Source: Candidatus Moraniibacteriota bacterium
Lineage (GTDB): Bacteria; Patescibacteriota; Minisyncoccia; Moranbacterales; UBA1568
Assembly: GCA_963778555.1 (NCBI GenBank)
Contig: CAVZUR010000004.1
Coordinates: 26,190 to 90,189, forward strand
Direction of reading: 5' to 3'
Length of the DNA stretch: 64,000 nt
Under the pieces are notes generated by a model. The model did not search any database. It was given only the letters and a program-made list of their open reading frames with translations, and was not told where the DNA came from. Positions 10,105 to 19,307 of this stretch are shown in pieces. Position 1 is the stretch's first letter; each line of letters starts with the position of its first letter. The translations under genes were made by a program, and so were the position numbers.

Positions 10105-11702
10105 GGACTATGGAGACCTTGATGAGAGTGGTTCGTAGCTGGCGAAGCGATCCGCAGGTCCTTTTTGGAGGGATAGCTTTTGCCATCGCTAGCGCCGGCA
10201 TCCTGCTGTCTCTCGTTGAAGCTTTTCCTTTAGCGCCGATTGATCTCATATTTTTTAGCACGCTTCTGTTTCTTCTCTCGCTTTATCGGCCGAACTGGGG
10301 TTTTCTTTTCTTTCTCGCCATAATCTCGTTTGAAACCGTCAACGTTTTTCCGGAGAGCTTTGGTTTCTCATTGCGTCCCTACCAGTGGCAGTTTCTCATT
10401 CTCGTCAGCGCCCTCAGTATCCGAATCATATCCAGGAAATCGTCCTGGCCACTTTTCCGTTTCCAACCGCTCGACGGATGGCTCGCGCTCATTCCTGTCG
10501 GCGCTTGGGTTTCTGGAGTCCTCTCGGGCGGGGAGGGGATACGGCTCGCAGCAATTGTTACGTCATTCTATACGCTCTACCTCCTCAGCCGGGTCTTTTT
10601 CACAACTTCCCGGGATATTCAGATTGGCGGGGCAGTCTTCTTTGCTGGTGGACTGGCGACACTGCTTTTCGGTCTCATCCAAAACATCGCTTTTGAAAAG
10701 GGGATACTGCTCCAGATGATTATGCCAGGTCGACCCAATGCTATGCTCGCGGAGCCAGACTGGTTCGGATTTTTTGCTGTCATTCTGCTCGTATTCACCT
10801 ATACGGCGCTCCAGCGCGCTCTCCAGAGTGAAGAGCGGCAGGCGAGTCTCCAGCTCCCTCCAATTATTGGTTTCGCTCTTCTTCTCATTCCGATAAGTAC
10901 CGCACTCCTTCTCACCGTCAGCCGGAGCGCCTGGCTCGCGGGCTTCATGGCTCTTATCGTCTGGACTATCAGTCTGGTCATCATCCAAGGCAGGGAAGCG
11001 TTGCGTTCCATCCTTCAAACAGCTGAGCTTGGCGCCATCGCTTTTGCCATCGCTCTCTTTCTCGCGGTCGATCTTCCTCTGACGCGCTTCGATCTCTTGA
11101 ACCGGGCAGAAAGCACAGCGACCGGTTTTCAGGAAATAACCGTGGCATGCTCGGAACCGGTCGATCTGCCGGTTCGAATCCAAACGCTCGCCGAATTATC
11201 GACGTATGACTGCCGGCACATCGCGCTTGAAGAACGGGCAGCGCTTCGAGCTGCGGGACTCTCAATCCAACTCGTACAGCGTCCGGACCCGAATATTGTC
11301 ATTCGGAGCGAGATCTATCGCCAGACATGGGCTCAAATCCGCACCCATCCATTCACAGGCATCGGGTGGGGTAATATTGGTGATATCCTCGGGCGTGATG
11401 AGCGGGGCGCGGCCTATAACACGAGCAATGTATGGTTTGAAACATTGCTCGGCAGCGGCCTCCTCGGCCTCCTCGGTCTGGCCGGAGCGCTGTGTTCGAT
11501 TCTCTGGCAGGGCGTTCGAATGATACTGCGACCAGCGGCCCATGAACAGTCAATGGCGCTCTCATTGCCCGCAGTTTTTTCAATCGTGACCGCTTTTGTC
11601 ATTTTCAATCTTTTTAATGCCGGCTTGCTCATCGGTCTCGTCTGGGTACTCTTCGCAACGGTCCCGGTTCTGCTTCCGCAGACTAAGCGGAAAAACGTAT
11701 GA
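10101..11702 (+). CDS. O-antigen ligase/polymerase-like (Wzy_C) polytopic membrane protein
   Basis: Many TM helices and the Wzy_C-type motif SRSAWLAGFMALIVW with a large periplasmic loop. ATG at 10101 overlaps the upstream TGA (ATGA); the track's longer N-terminus is not supported. Confidence 0.65.
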   Translation: MRTMETLMRVVRSWRSDPQVLFGGIAFAIASAGILLSLVEAFPLAPIDLIFFSTLLFLLSLYRPNWGFLFFLAIISFETVNVFPESFGFSLRPYQWQFLILVSALSIRIISRKSSWPLFRFQPLDGWLALIPVGAWVSGVLSGGEGIRLAAIVTSFYTLYLLSRVFFTTSRDIQIGGAVFFAGGLATLLFGLIQNIAFEKGILLQMIMPGRPNAMLAEPDWFGFFAVILLVFTYTALQRALQSEERQASLQLPPIIGFALLLIPISTALLLTVSRSAWLAGFMALIVWTISLVIIQGREALRSILQTAELGAIAFAIALFLAVDLPLTRFDLLNRAESTATGFQEITVACSEPVDLPVRIQTLAELSTYDCRHIALEERAALRAAGLSIQLVQRPDPNIVIRSEIYRQTWAQIRTHPFTGIGWGNIGDILGRDERGAAYNTSNVWFETLLGSGLLGLLGLAGALCSILWQGVRMILRPAAHEQSMALSLPAVFSIVTAFVIFNLFNAGLLIGLVWVLFATVPVLLPQTKRKNV

Positions 11703-12868
11703 CTCCGGAAAAACCCCTCACTATCGGCATTGATATCCGGATCATCGGAAAGAAACGAACGGGGGACGAGGTGGTTTTTTTCCAACTGGTTCGAGAACTT
11801 ATCCGGCGCCATGATGCCTGTTGTCGGTATGAGTTGTACACTGATGAGACTGATGATGACACGCTCGCGTCACTGAGGATCAAGTTGGAAGCAATCGGAA
11901 GGAGTGATATCGAGATTCTCTCCATTCGAGCCGCCAACCGTTTCATCTGGAATGCGATTGCCATGCCGTGGCGCCTCCTTCGACGTCCAGTCGATGTGTT
12001 TCATACGCAGTATATTCTGCCGCTCTGGCTTCCGCGACGACTCAAAGTTGTCGCGCATGTCCATGACGTCTCCTTCCGTGTTCATCCGGAGTGGATTGGG
12101 CGCTGGGATCATTTGTATCTCGCCTGTTTGATGCCGCGAACCTTTTCCCGGTCGGACCGCATCATTGCGCCCTCTGAATTCACGCGATCCGAGATACTGA
12201 AATACTACAGCGTCCCTGGCGACCGTGTCGTCGTAGTAGAGAATGCCGCCGCCGAAGAATGGTTTCATCCCGCTCGCATCGAAGATATCGAGCGAACGGT
12301 ACGACGGTTCGGCCTCGAACGGGGCCAGTACTTCATCTCATCCGGTACGCTGCAGCCACGGAAAAACATCCCGTTCCTCATCACTACTTTTACCCAGGCG
12401 GTGAAAGAGCGAGGGCTGCCGTACCCGCTCGTGCTTACTGGAAATCCTGCCGGGCATAACGTCGATTCGACACTTCAAAAGACTTCCGATGAAAGCATCC
12501 GATATGTCGGCTATGTCTCCGACGACGATATACGCTCTTTGGTCGCGGGCGCGCGAGGCTCGATTGTGCCGTCGCTGTATGAGGGATTTGGACTGCCCAT
12601 CGAGGAAGCGCTAGCCGTGGGAACTCCGGTGTTGGCCGCTGATATACCGGTTTTCCACGAGGTAGGGCGTGATCGGATTCAATTCTTTGATTCCCGGACA
12701 CTTGCTCCAGCCGTCGAAAATCTGTATAATTTTGCTATTGACGATTTTTCTAAAGAGCACTTGCAAGAGAGAATCTCTGGTCAGACGACAATATACTCCT
12801 GGCCCCGGAGCGCCGAAAAACTCGTTCAGCTCTATCAGAAAGTAGGAGAGGACCCTGTTAAACGCTAA
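11699..12868 (+). CDS. Glycosyltransferase family 4
   Basis: EGFGLPIEEALAVGTPVLAADIPVFHEV. Its ATG overlaps the upstream stop. Confidence 0.8.
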   Translation: MTPEKPLTIGIDIRIIGKKRTGDEVVFFQLVRELIRRHDACCRYELYTDETDDDTLASLRIKLEAIGRSDIEILSIRAANRFIWNAIAMPWRLLRRPVDVFHTQYILPLWLPRRLKVVAHVHDVSFRVHPEWIGRWDHLYLACLMPRTFSRSDRIIAPSEFTRSEILKYYSVPGDRVVVVENAAAEEWFHPARIEDIERTVRRFGLERGQYFISSGTLQPRKNIPFLITTFTQAVKERGLPYPLVLTGNPAGHNVDSTLQKTSDESIRYVGYVSDDDIRSLVAGARGSIVPSLYEGFGLPIEEALAVGTPVLAADIPVFHEVGRDRIQFFDSRTLAPAVENLYNFAIDDFSKEHLQERISGQTTIYSWPRSAEKLVQLYQKVGEDPVKR

Positions 12869-12878
12869 CCATCCACCC

Positions 12879-14096
12879 ATGTTTTCCCAGGAGAAGCCCG
12901 TTCCACCGGAGCGCGTTGCACCACCCGCTGACCAGAAAAAACGCATCATCCGGGTAGTGTTGTTTTTTGTCGCGTTGGCGATTATCGCTGGAACAACCTT
13001 TTTCGTGAAGGCGGGATTTGTTTTTGATAAGATCTCTTTAGGGAAGGACGGTATTTTCAAGAATCTCGTTCGCTCATTACCCGGCACTCAAGACACGTTG
13101 AAAGGCGAGGCTACGGGTCGGATCAATGTGTTGCTGATCGGAATGCGGGGTGAAAATGTCCCGGGCGGCGGACTCTTGGCCGATACGATCATGGTTCTCT
13201 CGCTCCATCCAAAGGACGATAAGATCGAGGGTGATACGGCCCGGGCTTCCCTCATTTCCATTCCGCGTGACCTCTTCGTAAAAGTGCCGGGGCGTGAAGA
13301 GCAGCGGAAAATCAATGCGGTGTATGCATTGGGTCAAGAGCGCGGGAAAGGCGGGGGAATCGATGATATGCGACAGATAGTCGGCGAGGTTACGGGCCAA
13401 GATATCCCATATGCGGTGGTCATCAATTTTCAGGGTTTCAAGGATCTCGTGAATGCTCTTGGTGGCGTGTCGATGCATCTGGACGAACCTTTTGAGGAAA
13501 GCATGCAGTTCCGTGGCTTGCAGCAGCGCTGCGACGGCGTGCGTTTTACGATTCCTTCCGGGTCGTTTGAGGAAAAAAGAATTAAGCGAAAAAACGGCAC
13601 CTACTACGCCAATCTGAAGCGCTACCCGCTGTGTTTCGAAAAAATGACTTCACAAGCCATCCTTGAACTGGAGTGCGGTGGCGACTTCAAGCTCCCGGCT
13701 GGGGATAGCGTCCTCGATGGCGACCAAGCGCTCTGTTATGCTCGCGCTCGCTACCAGAGCAATGATTTCGAGCGAGCCAAGCGTCAACAGCGCGTCATCC
13801 AATCCATCAAAGAAAAGGCGCTCTCAATCGGGACGCTGACGGATTTCGGAAAAATAAATGCGTTGCTCGACAGTCTCGGCAATAACGTACTTATCAATAC
13901 GGAGGCCTGGGAGGCGAAGCGTTTTTTCGAGCTGTACCAGGCGAATCAGAATGTTACGCTGACACAGCGCGTTCTCGAGGACTCCGAGGAAGGACTGCTG
14001 TATACGCCGCCCGCGACGCCAGAATCGGGCTATATCCTCCTGCCGCGTGGTGACAATTATGAGCGTATTCAAGCCCTCTTCCGCGACCTTCCCTAA
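12879..14096 (+). CDS. LytR-CpsA-Psr (LCP) family protein
   Basis: N-terminal TM followed by the LCP core INVLLIGMRGENVPGGGLLADTIMVLSLHP...ISIPRD. Confidence 0.8.
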   Translation: MFSQEKPVPPERVAPPADQKKRIIRVVLFFVALAIIAGTTFFVKAGFVFDKISLGKDGIFKNLVRSLPGTQDTLKGEATGRINVLLIGMRGENVPGGGLLADTIMVLSLHPKDDKIEGDTARASLISIPRDLFVKVPGREEQRKINAVYALGQERGKGGGIDDMRQIVGEVTGQDIPYAVVINFQGFKDLVNALGGVSMHLDEPFEESMQFRGLQQRCDGVRFTIPSGSFEEKRIKRKNGTYYANLKRYPLCFEKMTSQAILELECGGDFKLPAGDSVLDGDQALCYARARYQSNDFERAKRQQRVIQSIKEKALSIGTLTDFGKINALLDSLGNNVLINTEAWEAKRFFELYQANQNVTLTQRVLEDSEEGLLYTPPATPESGYILLPRGDNYERIQALFRDLP

Positions 14097-14107
14097 ATTG
14101 CCCCAGC

Positions 14108-14932
14108 ATGCCGCCTCTCGAGGTCTCTATCGCGGTCAATAGCTATCGGAGTCCGGAATTGCTTCGCCTCTGTCTTGAGGCTATCCGCCGTGAACTGGCC
14201 GGAGCGCACTTTACATATGAAGTGCTCGTCGTTGATTCGGCGACCGAAGAGGATACGGAAATGTTGTTACGCGAGGAATTTCCCGATGTTCGATTCTTTC
14301 CGCATCCGGAAAACGTCGGTTTCGGTCGACTCATCAATACCTCAATCCGGGAATCAGTCGGACAGTATGTGTTCTTCCTCAACGCAGATATCATTCTCCA
14401 GTCAGAGACGGTCGGTGCGCTTTTGGCATACGCCCAGTCTCATCCCGATGTCGGGCTTGTCGGTCCGAAACAACTGAATTTCAACGGCTCACTTCAGGCG
14501 ACATGTCTGCGTTTCTATCGGCCAATGACAATCGTCTACCGTCGGACTTGGCTGAAGCATTTTTCCTTCGGACAACGACATCTCGATTGGTTTACGATGC
14601 GTGATTTTGATCATGCCACTGAACGCGACGTAGACTGGATCATGGGATCAGCCCTCTTCGCGTCGCGCTCCGCCATAGATGCTGTCGGCCCGATGGACAG
14701 TCAGTTTTTCATGTACATGGAAGATGTCGACTGGTGCCGCCGTTACTGGGAGAAAGGATACCGTGTCGTCTACGTCCCTCAAGCCTCGGTGTACCACTAC
14801 CATGCCAAAGGAAGTGCAAAAGGAGGTTTTTTCGGATCGCTCTTCATGAATCGACTAACCTGGTACCATATAGAGAGTGCGCTACGCTATTTTTTCAAAT
14901 ACCGCGGTAAACCATTACCCAAACATGCCTAG
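14108..14932 (+). CDS. Glycosyltransferase family 2 (rhamnosyl/glycosyl transferase, WbbL-like)
   Basis: VSIAVNSYRSPELLRLCLEAI...VVDSATEEDT...FFLNADI, 274 aa. Confidence 0.8.
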   Translation: MPPLEVSIAVNSYRSPELLRLCLEAIRRELAGAHFTYEVLVVDSATEEDTEMLLREEFPDVRFFPHPENVGFGRLINTSIRESVGQYVFFLNADIILQSETVGALLAYAQSHPDVGLVGPKQLNFNGSLQATCLRFYRPMTIVYRRTWLKHFSFGQRHLDWFTMRDFDHATERDVDWIMGSALFASRSAIDAVGPMDSQFFMYMEDVDWCRRYWEKGYRVVYVPQASVYHYHAKGSAKGGFFGSLFMNRLTWYHIESALRYFFKYRGKPLPKHA

Positions 14933-16232
14933 TCCTATGGAAGATCGGATTGCAAGTGTCACGACCAATTCAAGCGCAGTACTCCGTCCGCCGAATGCCA
15001 GCCGACGCTATATTGTCGTGGGCGTAATGATTGGACTGGTTGTCTTTGCGTTCTATGCGGGGTATCAGAAGGGTCAGGCCGGCCCGGGCATGAGTGAGAC
15101 GCCAATTTCGCTTGACCAAGCAACCTTCCGGGGTACTCAGGAAGGTCAGGATGCGGCCATTGATTTCTCTTTGTTCTGGAAGGTCTGGAACCTGCTGAAG
15201 GAGAAATATGTCGAGCGCGACGCGCTGGATGCGAAAAAACTGTTTTACGGCGCAATCGATGGCATGCTAGCCGCGACCGGCGATCCCTATACGACATTTT
15301 TTGATCCGAAAGAGAACAAGGATTTCAAAGAAGAACTCGGACAGTCATTCGATGGCATCGGCGCAGAGATGCAAATCAAGGACGGTATCCTGACGGTCGT
15401 CGCTCCGCTGGACGGTTCACCGGCAGAGAAGGCCGGTATCCGGGCGGGGGACAAGGTTCTGAAGATCAACGGGGAGTCGACGGAAAACCTTGGTCTCTCC
15501 GAAGCAGTGGATCGGATTCGCGGTCCGCGGGGCAGCGAAGTGACTCTGTCCATCTTTCATCCGGACGAGGATGAGCGCCTGCGTGAAGTAGTCGTGCAGC
15601 GGGACGTGATCACTGTGAAGAGCGTGGTGCTTGAGATGCGCGACGATGGCATCGCATCTATTCGGGTGACCCGTTTCGGCGAAGATACAACTGACGAGTT
15701 TCAGCGGATTGCCTCGGATGCGAAGCGCCAAGGTGCCCGTGGCATACTCCTCGATGTGAGAAATAATCCCGGCGGTTTCCTTGAGGGTGCCGTCGATTTG
15801 GGTGGCTATTTCCTGCCGGCCGGGTCAGTTGTTGTGATTGAAGAGAACGCGAAAAAGGAGCGTCAAGAATTGAAAACCAGCGGTGCCCCCGCATTCGGTA
15901 CCCTGCCCGTCGTGATTCTTATCAACGAAGGGAGCGCGAGCGCCTCAGAGATTCTGGCCGCTGGCATCCGGGAGAACCGCTCTGACACCGTGTTGATTGG
16001 AGAGAAATCCTTCGGCAAGGGATCGGTTCAGGAGCTGATACCGACTTCAAGCACGACCTCGGTTAAAATCACCGTCGCTCACTGGCTGACGCCGGACGGA
16101 CATCAAATCAATACCGTTGGTATCAGTCCGGACGAGGAGGTGAAACTCACGCGTGAGGACTTTGAGGCTGATCGCGATCCGCAGTTCGACCGTGCGCTTT
16201 CGGTCCTTTTGGAAAAGATGCGGACTCAATAA
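14925..16232 (+). CDS. C-terminal processing peptidase (S41, CtpA/Prc-like) with PDZ domain and N-terminal membrane anchor
   Basis: PDZ region (GSPAEKAGIRAGDKVLKING) and S41 catalytic region (RNNPGGFLEGAV...SASASEILA...GEKSFGKG). The start at 14925 or 14937 is uncertain. Confidence 0.8.
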   Translation: MPSPMEDRIASVTTNSSAVLRPPNASRRYIVVGVMIGLVVFAFYAGYQKGQAGPGMSETPISLDQATFRGTQEGQDAAIDFSLFWKVWNLLKEKYVERDALDAKKLFYGAIDGMLAATGDPYTTFFDPKENKDFKEELGQSFDGIGAEMQIKDGILTVVAPLDGSPAEKAGIRAGDKVLKINGESTENLGLSEAVDRIRGPRGSEVTLSIFHPDEDERLREVVVQRDVITVKSVVLEMRDDGIASIRVTRFGEDTTDEFQRIASDAKRQGARGILLDVRNNPGGFLEGAVDLGGYFLPAGSVVVIEENAKKERQELKTSGAPAFGTLPVVILINEGSASASEILAAGIRENRSDTVLIGEKSFGKGSVQELIPTSSTTSVKITVAHWLTPDGHQINTVGISPDEEVKLTREDFEADRDPQFDRALSVLLEKMRTQ

Positions 16233-16249
16233 CTATTGGACACAAATCT

Positions 16250-16588
16250 ATGGGTGCGTTTGAACAAACGCTGCATGTCTATCGAGAGGCGAGCCAAGAG
16301 CACGCTGAAAATCCTACTGAATTAAAGCGTCTCCGGTCTAATTATTTGCAAAAGGCGTGGGCGGACAAAAAATGCGCCGCTTTGACCGTGGCTGATGAAT
16401 CGGAGCGCGAAGCGATCACAGTCCAGTGGATGGAGGAGTTGGGAGCGTGGTTTAGAGAGAACATCCTCGAGTCTCTGGTAAGGATAGAGGGCAAATCTCG
16501 GAGTGATTATTTTCTGGAGCTTTTTGAAACCAATCCGCCGAAAGCTGTCGAAGAATTGGATACGCTTTTCAAGCAGTCTCGCCACTGA
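16250..16588 (+). CDS. Hypothetical protein (112 aa)
   Basis: Clean ORF immediately upstream of the groES CIRCE; no recognisable domain. Confidence 0.35.
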   Translation: MGAFEQTLHVYREASQEHAENPTELKRLRSNYLQKAWADKKCAALTVADESEREAITVQWMEELGAWFRENILESLVRIEGKSRSDYFLELFETNPPKAVEELDTLFKQSRH

Positions 16589-16615
16589 TTAGCACTCTCT
16601 TGACGAGTCTGCTAA
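16589..16615 (+). promoter_or_regulatory. CIRCE-like HrcA operator with embedded promoter upstream of groES
   Basis: TTAGCACTC-N9-GTCTGCTAA (right arm 7/9 to GAGTGCTAA). TTGACG in the spacer plus a TACACT 17 nt downstream form a sigma70-like promoter, the same layout as at hrcA. Confidence 0.55.
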
Positions 16616-16660
16616 GCATCGATACACTAAGAGGCAGTAACATCGCTAAATCCTCACTCT

Positions 16661-16948
16661 ATGTCCAAAAGAATTCGTATTCAACCCCTTGGGGAGAATG
16701 TGCTCGTGAAAATCGAAGCGAAGGAGAAGAAGACAGCATCAGGTCTGTATCTGCCGGAAACTAACTCAGGTGAGCGGGAACAGCAAGGGACAGTCGTAGC
16801 GATCGGCTCTGATAAGGAAATCAAGGTGAAGCCCGGTAGTGTGGTCATTTTCAAACGGTACGGCACGAGCGAAGAGCTCAAGCTAGCCGGCGTTGATCAT
16901 ATCTTGCTCAATTATAAGGACGTCCTCGCTGTCGTCCTCTCGAAATGA
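16661..16948 (+). CDS. groES: Co-chaperonin GroES (Cpn10)
   Basis: 95 aa, MSKRIRIQPLGENVLVKIEAKEKKTASGLYLPE...VVIFKRYGTSEELKL. No groEL follows; the next gene is on the other strand. Confidence 0.9.
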   Translation: MSKRIRIQPLGENVLVKIEAKEKKTASGLYLPETNSGEREQQGTVVAIGSDKEIKVKPGSVVIFKRYGTSEELKLAGVDHILLNYKDVLAVVLSK

Positions 16949-16999
16949 GTGAAAGAAAAAAACAGCTTGCGGAACTGTTTTTTCTTGTTTTCAATAGGG

Positions 17000-17836
17000 C
17001 TACTTCAATGCTGTTTCAATTGGAAGTCCTTTACTTTGCCAGGACTCGAAGCCACCGGTGATCACACGGAGACCAAAGAAGCCCATGTCAAAGAGCTGCG
17101 TTCCAGCTTGGAAGGTGTCGGCTTCTGACGCGCCATAGACAAAGAGCGAGCCGATGGCAGGAATAGAACCGCGTTCTTTTTCGATTCGAACGAGCGGAAT
17201 ATTGAGAGCGCCTGGAATATGACCGGCAGCATATTCTTGATCACTGCGGACGTCGAGTACAGTGCTCTTAACAAGTGATTGCCGGAGCTCAGGCACCTGT
17301 TCGGGCGTGACCGTGATGACTTTTGTCTGATCGATATATGACCGCGGATCACTTTTCGTGATGACGGTCCCCCCCCGACTGATCCAATTGCGGATACCAC
17401 CTTCAAGGAATCCAAAAGTCATTTTCTTTGCCGAAAAACGGTTGTGGATTTCGCGCAATTGGTCATTGGGATTCTCCTCGCCCCAGATGACGATCACGAG
17501 CTGGCCAGTTGGAGCACTATAGTTCATGAGCTCGGATGCAGTGAGCCAGTCGGAATCAATCAGATGGCTTGATTCGAAGCTCATCGAGGAGCGGATATCG
17601 ATGAAGCGGATATCTTCGTTTTTTTTGATGCGATCCAGGATATTTTCGATGCTGAGAAAGCGTAAACCGACCAGTCCAGCCTCAGGGCTAGTGACTACAG
17701 TGGCAGCTTGATGCTTCTCGTACCAAGCCTTGCCAATCATAAAGAGCGCGCCGCCGAACATCAGCGCCGCCAGGAGAAGAATTACTCTTCCCTCGCCCTT
17801 CGCTTTGGGTATTGGATTGAGCGCCGTCACTGGCAT
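17000..17836 (-). CDS. Membrane-anchored tandem rhodanese-domain protein (putative sulfurtransferase)
   Basis: Two rhodanese-like domains after an N-terminal TM. Start ATG 17836 is preferred; the track's TTG at 17884 would overlap fmt. Confidence 0.6.
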   Translation of the reverse strand: MPVTALNPIPKAKGEGRVILLLAALMFGGALFMIGKAWYEKHQAATVVTSPEAGLVGLRFLSIENILDRIKKNEDIRFIDIRSSMSFESSHLIDSDWLTASELMNYSAPTGQLVIVIWGEENPNDQLREIHNRFSAKKMTFGFLEGGIRNWISRGGTVITKSDPRSYIDQTKVITVTPEQVPELRQSLVKSTVLDVRSDQEYAAGHIPGALNIPLVRIEKERGSIPAIGSLFVYGASEADTFQAGTQLFDMGFFGLRVITGGFESWQSKGLPIETALK

Positions 17837-17840
17837 GTTA

Positions 17841-18836
17841 TTAAATGAGAACGGATTGAATGAAGTCAGGGTAGCCCTTGACAAAATCTTTGATACTCAT
17901 GACCTCCTTGCCTTCTAATTGGAGGGTCTGGAGAAAGATGACGCCACTCCCAGTAACAATGCCAATCTCCTCGCCGATCTCAAGCACTGTTCCAATCGGT
18001 TGAGACAGAGCAGGCGCCGTCTTCTGCAGTGTAATCGCATGAAACTTGATCCGCAGGACATCATCGGCCCCGCGCCTCCAAAAGGAAAAAATTCCGGGCC
18101 AGGGGTGGAGGCCGCGATAGTGATTATAGATCTCGCTTGCCTCGGCGGACCAAAAGATACGTCCGTCTTCGCGGTCGATGAGCTGGCAGAGAGTGACGCC
18201 ATCAGTGGCCTGCGGTGTCGCGGTGAGTGTGCGCGTAATCCACAGCGGCAAGGTCCGGACCAACAGATCGGCACCGAGCGTTGCTAGTCGCGCCAGCAGT
18301 TCCGCACCACGCTCATCAGGTCCGATCGGAGTCTGAGCAAAAGCGATGACATTTCCTGTGTCCATGCCTGGGTCGATCTCCATAAGCGTGACGCCGGTTT
18401 CAGTATCACCTGCCATGAGCGCGTTGGCGACCGGCGAGGCACCGCGCCAGCGCGGGAGGAGTGAGGCATGGATATTGACAGAGCCGAAACCAGGCAATGC
18501 AAGCACATCGGGAGGTAAAAGCTTGCCGTATGCTGCGACCACAAGGATGTCTGGCTTCCAAGCTCGAATAGTCTGAATCGCCTCAGCGTTCAGTTTCTCC
18601 GGCTGGTACACCGGCAGACCATGCCGGAGAGCACGTACCTTCACTGGAGAAGCCGTGAGCTCCTGTTTTCGGCCAGTTTTCCGATCGGGCTGTGTCACGA
18701 CGCCCACGAGATGGTAGGAGGCCTGGATTAGCGCTGCCAAGGCCGTTTCAGCAAACTCGGGCGTCCCCATGAACACCACAGAGATTTGTGGGGCTTTGAA
18801 GGTCGTCGGCGACAGAGTATCGGTTTTAGAGAGCAT
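17841..18836 (-). CDS. fmt: Methionyl-tRNA formyltransferase
   Basis: VVFMGTPEFAETAL...HASLLPRWRGASPV and a C-terminal Fmt domain. The real start is either ATG 18836 (11-nt overlap with def) or the GTG of VVFMGTPEF; the track's long N-terminus overlaps def and is not credible. Confidence 0.8.
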   Translation of the reverse strand: MLSKTDTLSPTTFKAPQISVVFMGTPEFAETALAALIQASYHLVGVVTQPDRKTGRKQELTASPVKVRALRHGLPVYQPEKLNAEAIQTIRAWKPDILVVAAYGKLLPPDVLALPGFGSVNIHASLLPRWRGASPVANALMAGDTETGVTLMEIDPGMDTGNVIAFAQTPIGPDERGAELLARLATLGADLLVRTLPLWITRTLTATPQATDGVTLCQLIDREDGRIFWSAEASEIYNHYRGLHPWPGIFSFWRRGADDVLRIKFHAITLQKTAPALSQPIGTVLEIGEEIGIVTGSGVIFLQTLQLEGKEVMSIKDFVKGYPDFIQSVLI

Positions 18837-19296
18837 AGACCTTTTTGTTTTTTTGTTTTTTATAGCGGTCACAGATAAGCACGCCGTCGAGATGATCGAG
18901 CTCGTGCTGGAGGCAGATGGCGAGGAGACCGTGCGCTTTGAGTTTAGCCTGAGCACCGGCATCATCTACATATCGGACAGTGACTGACTGGGAGCGTTCG
19001 ATGGCAAAAAACTCACCCGGGAGACTCAGACAGCCCTCTTCGAACAAAATTTTTCCTCTGGAAAAGCTGGTGATTTTCGGATTGATGAAGTTCCGGATGA
19101 CGCCGTCAATCTCAATGACGCAGATCCGGAGGTTGTGGCCAATCTGGGGGGCTGCCAAACCGATGCCGTCGGCCTTTCGCATCGCAGCGAGCATCTCAAG
19201 CAAGAGCGCCTGTACATCGGGTGCGCGCGGATCTTTCACATTCTGGTTCTCGGCATGGAGGATTGCATTCTCGGCGCCGGTGACAATGGAATACAT
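18826..19296 (-). CDS. def: Peptide deformylase
   Basis: Motifs GIGLAAPQIG, EGCLSLPG and HELDHLDG. Confidence 0.85.
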   Translation of the reverse strand: MYSIVTGAENAILHAENQNVKDPRAPDVQALLLEMLAAMRKADGIGLAAPQIGHNLRICVIEIDGVIRNFINPKITSFSRGKILFEEGCLSLPGEFFAIERSQSVTVRYVDDAGAQAKLKAHGLLAICLQHELDHLDGVLICDRYKKQKNKKVYAL

Positions 19297-19307
19297 AGGG
19301 CAGAAAA

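Noticed and set aside
17841-18965. 374-aa fmt ORF starting at 18965
   Set aside because: It would overlap the entire 3' third of def. The conserved Fmt N-terminus (VVFMGTPEF) begins near 18770-18836.
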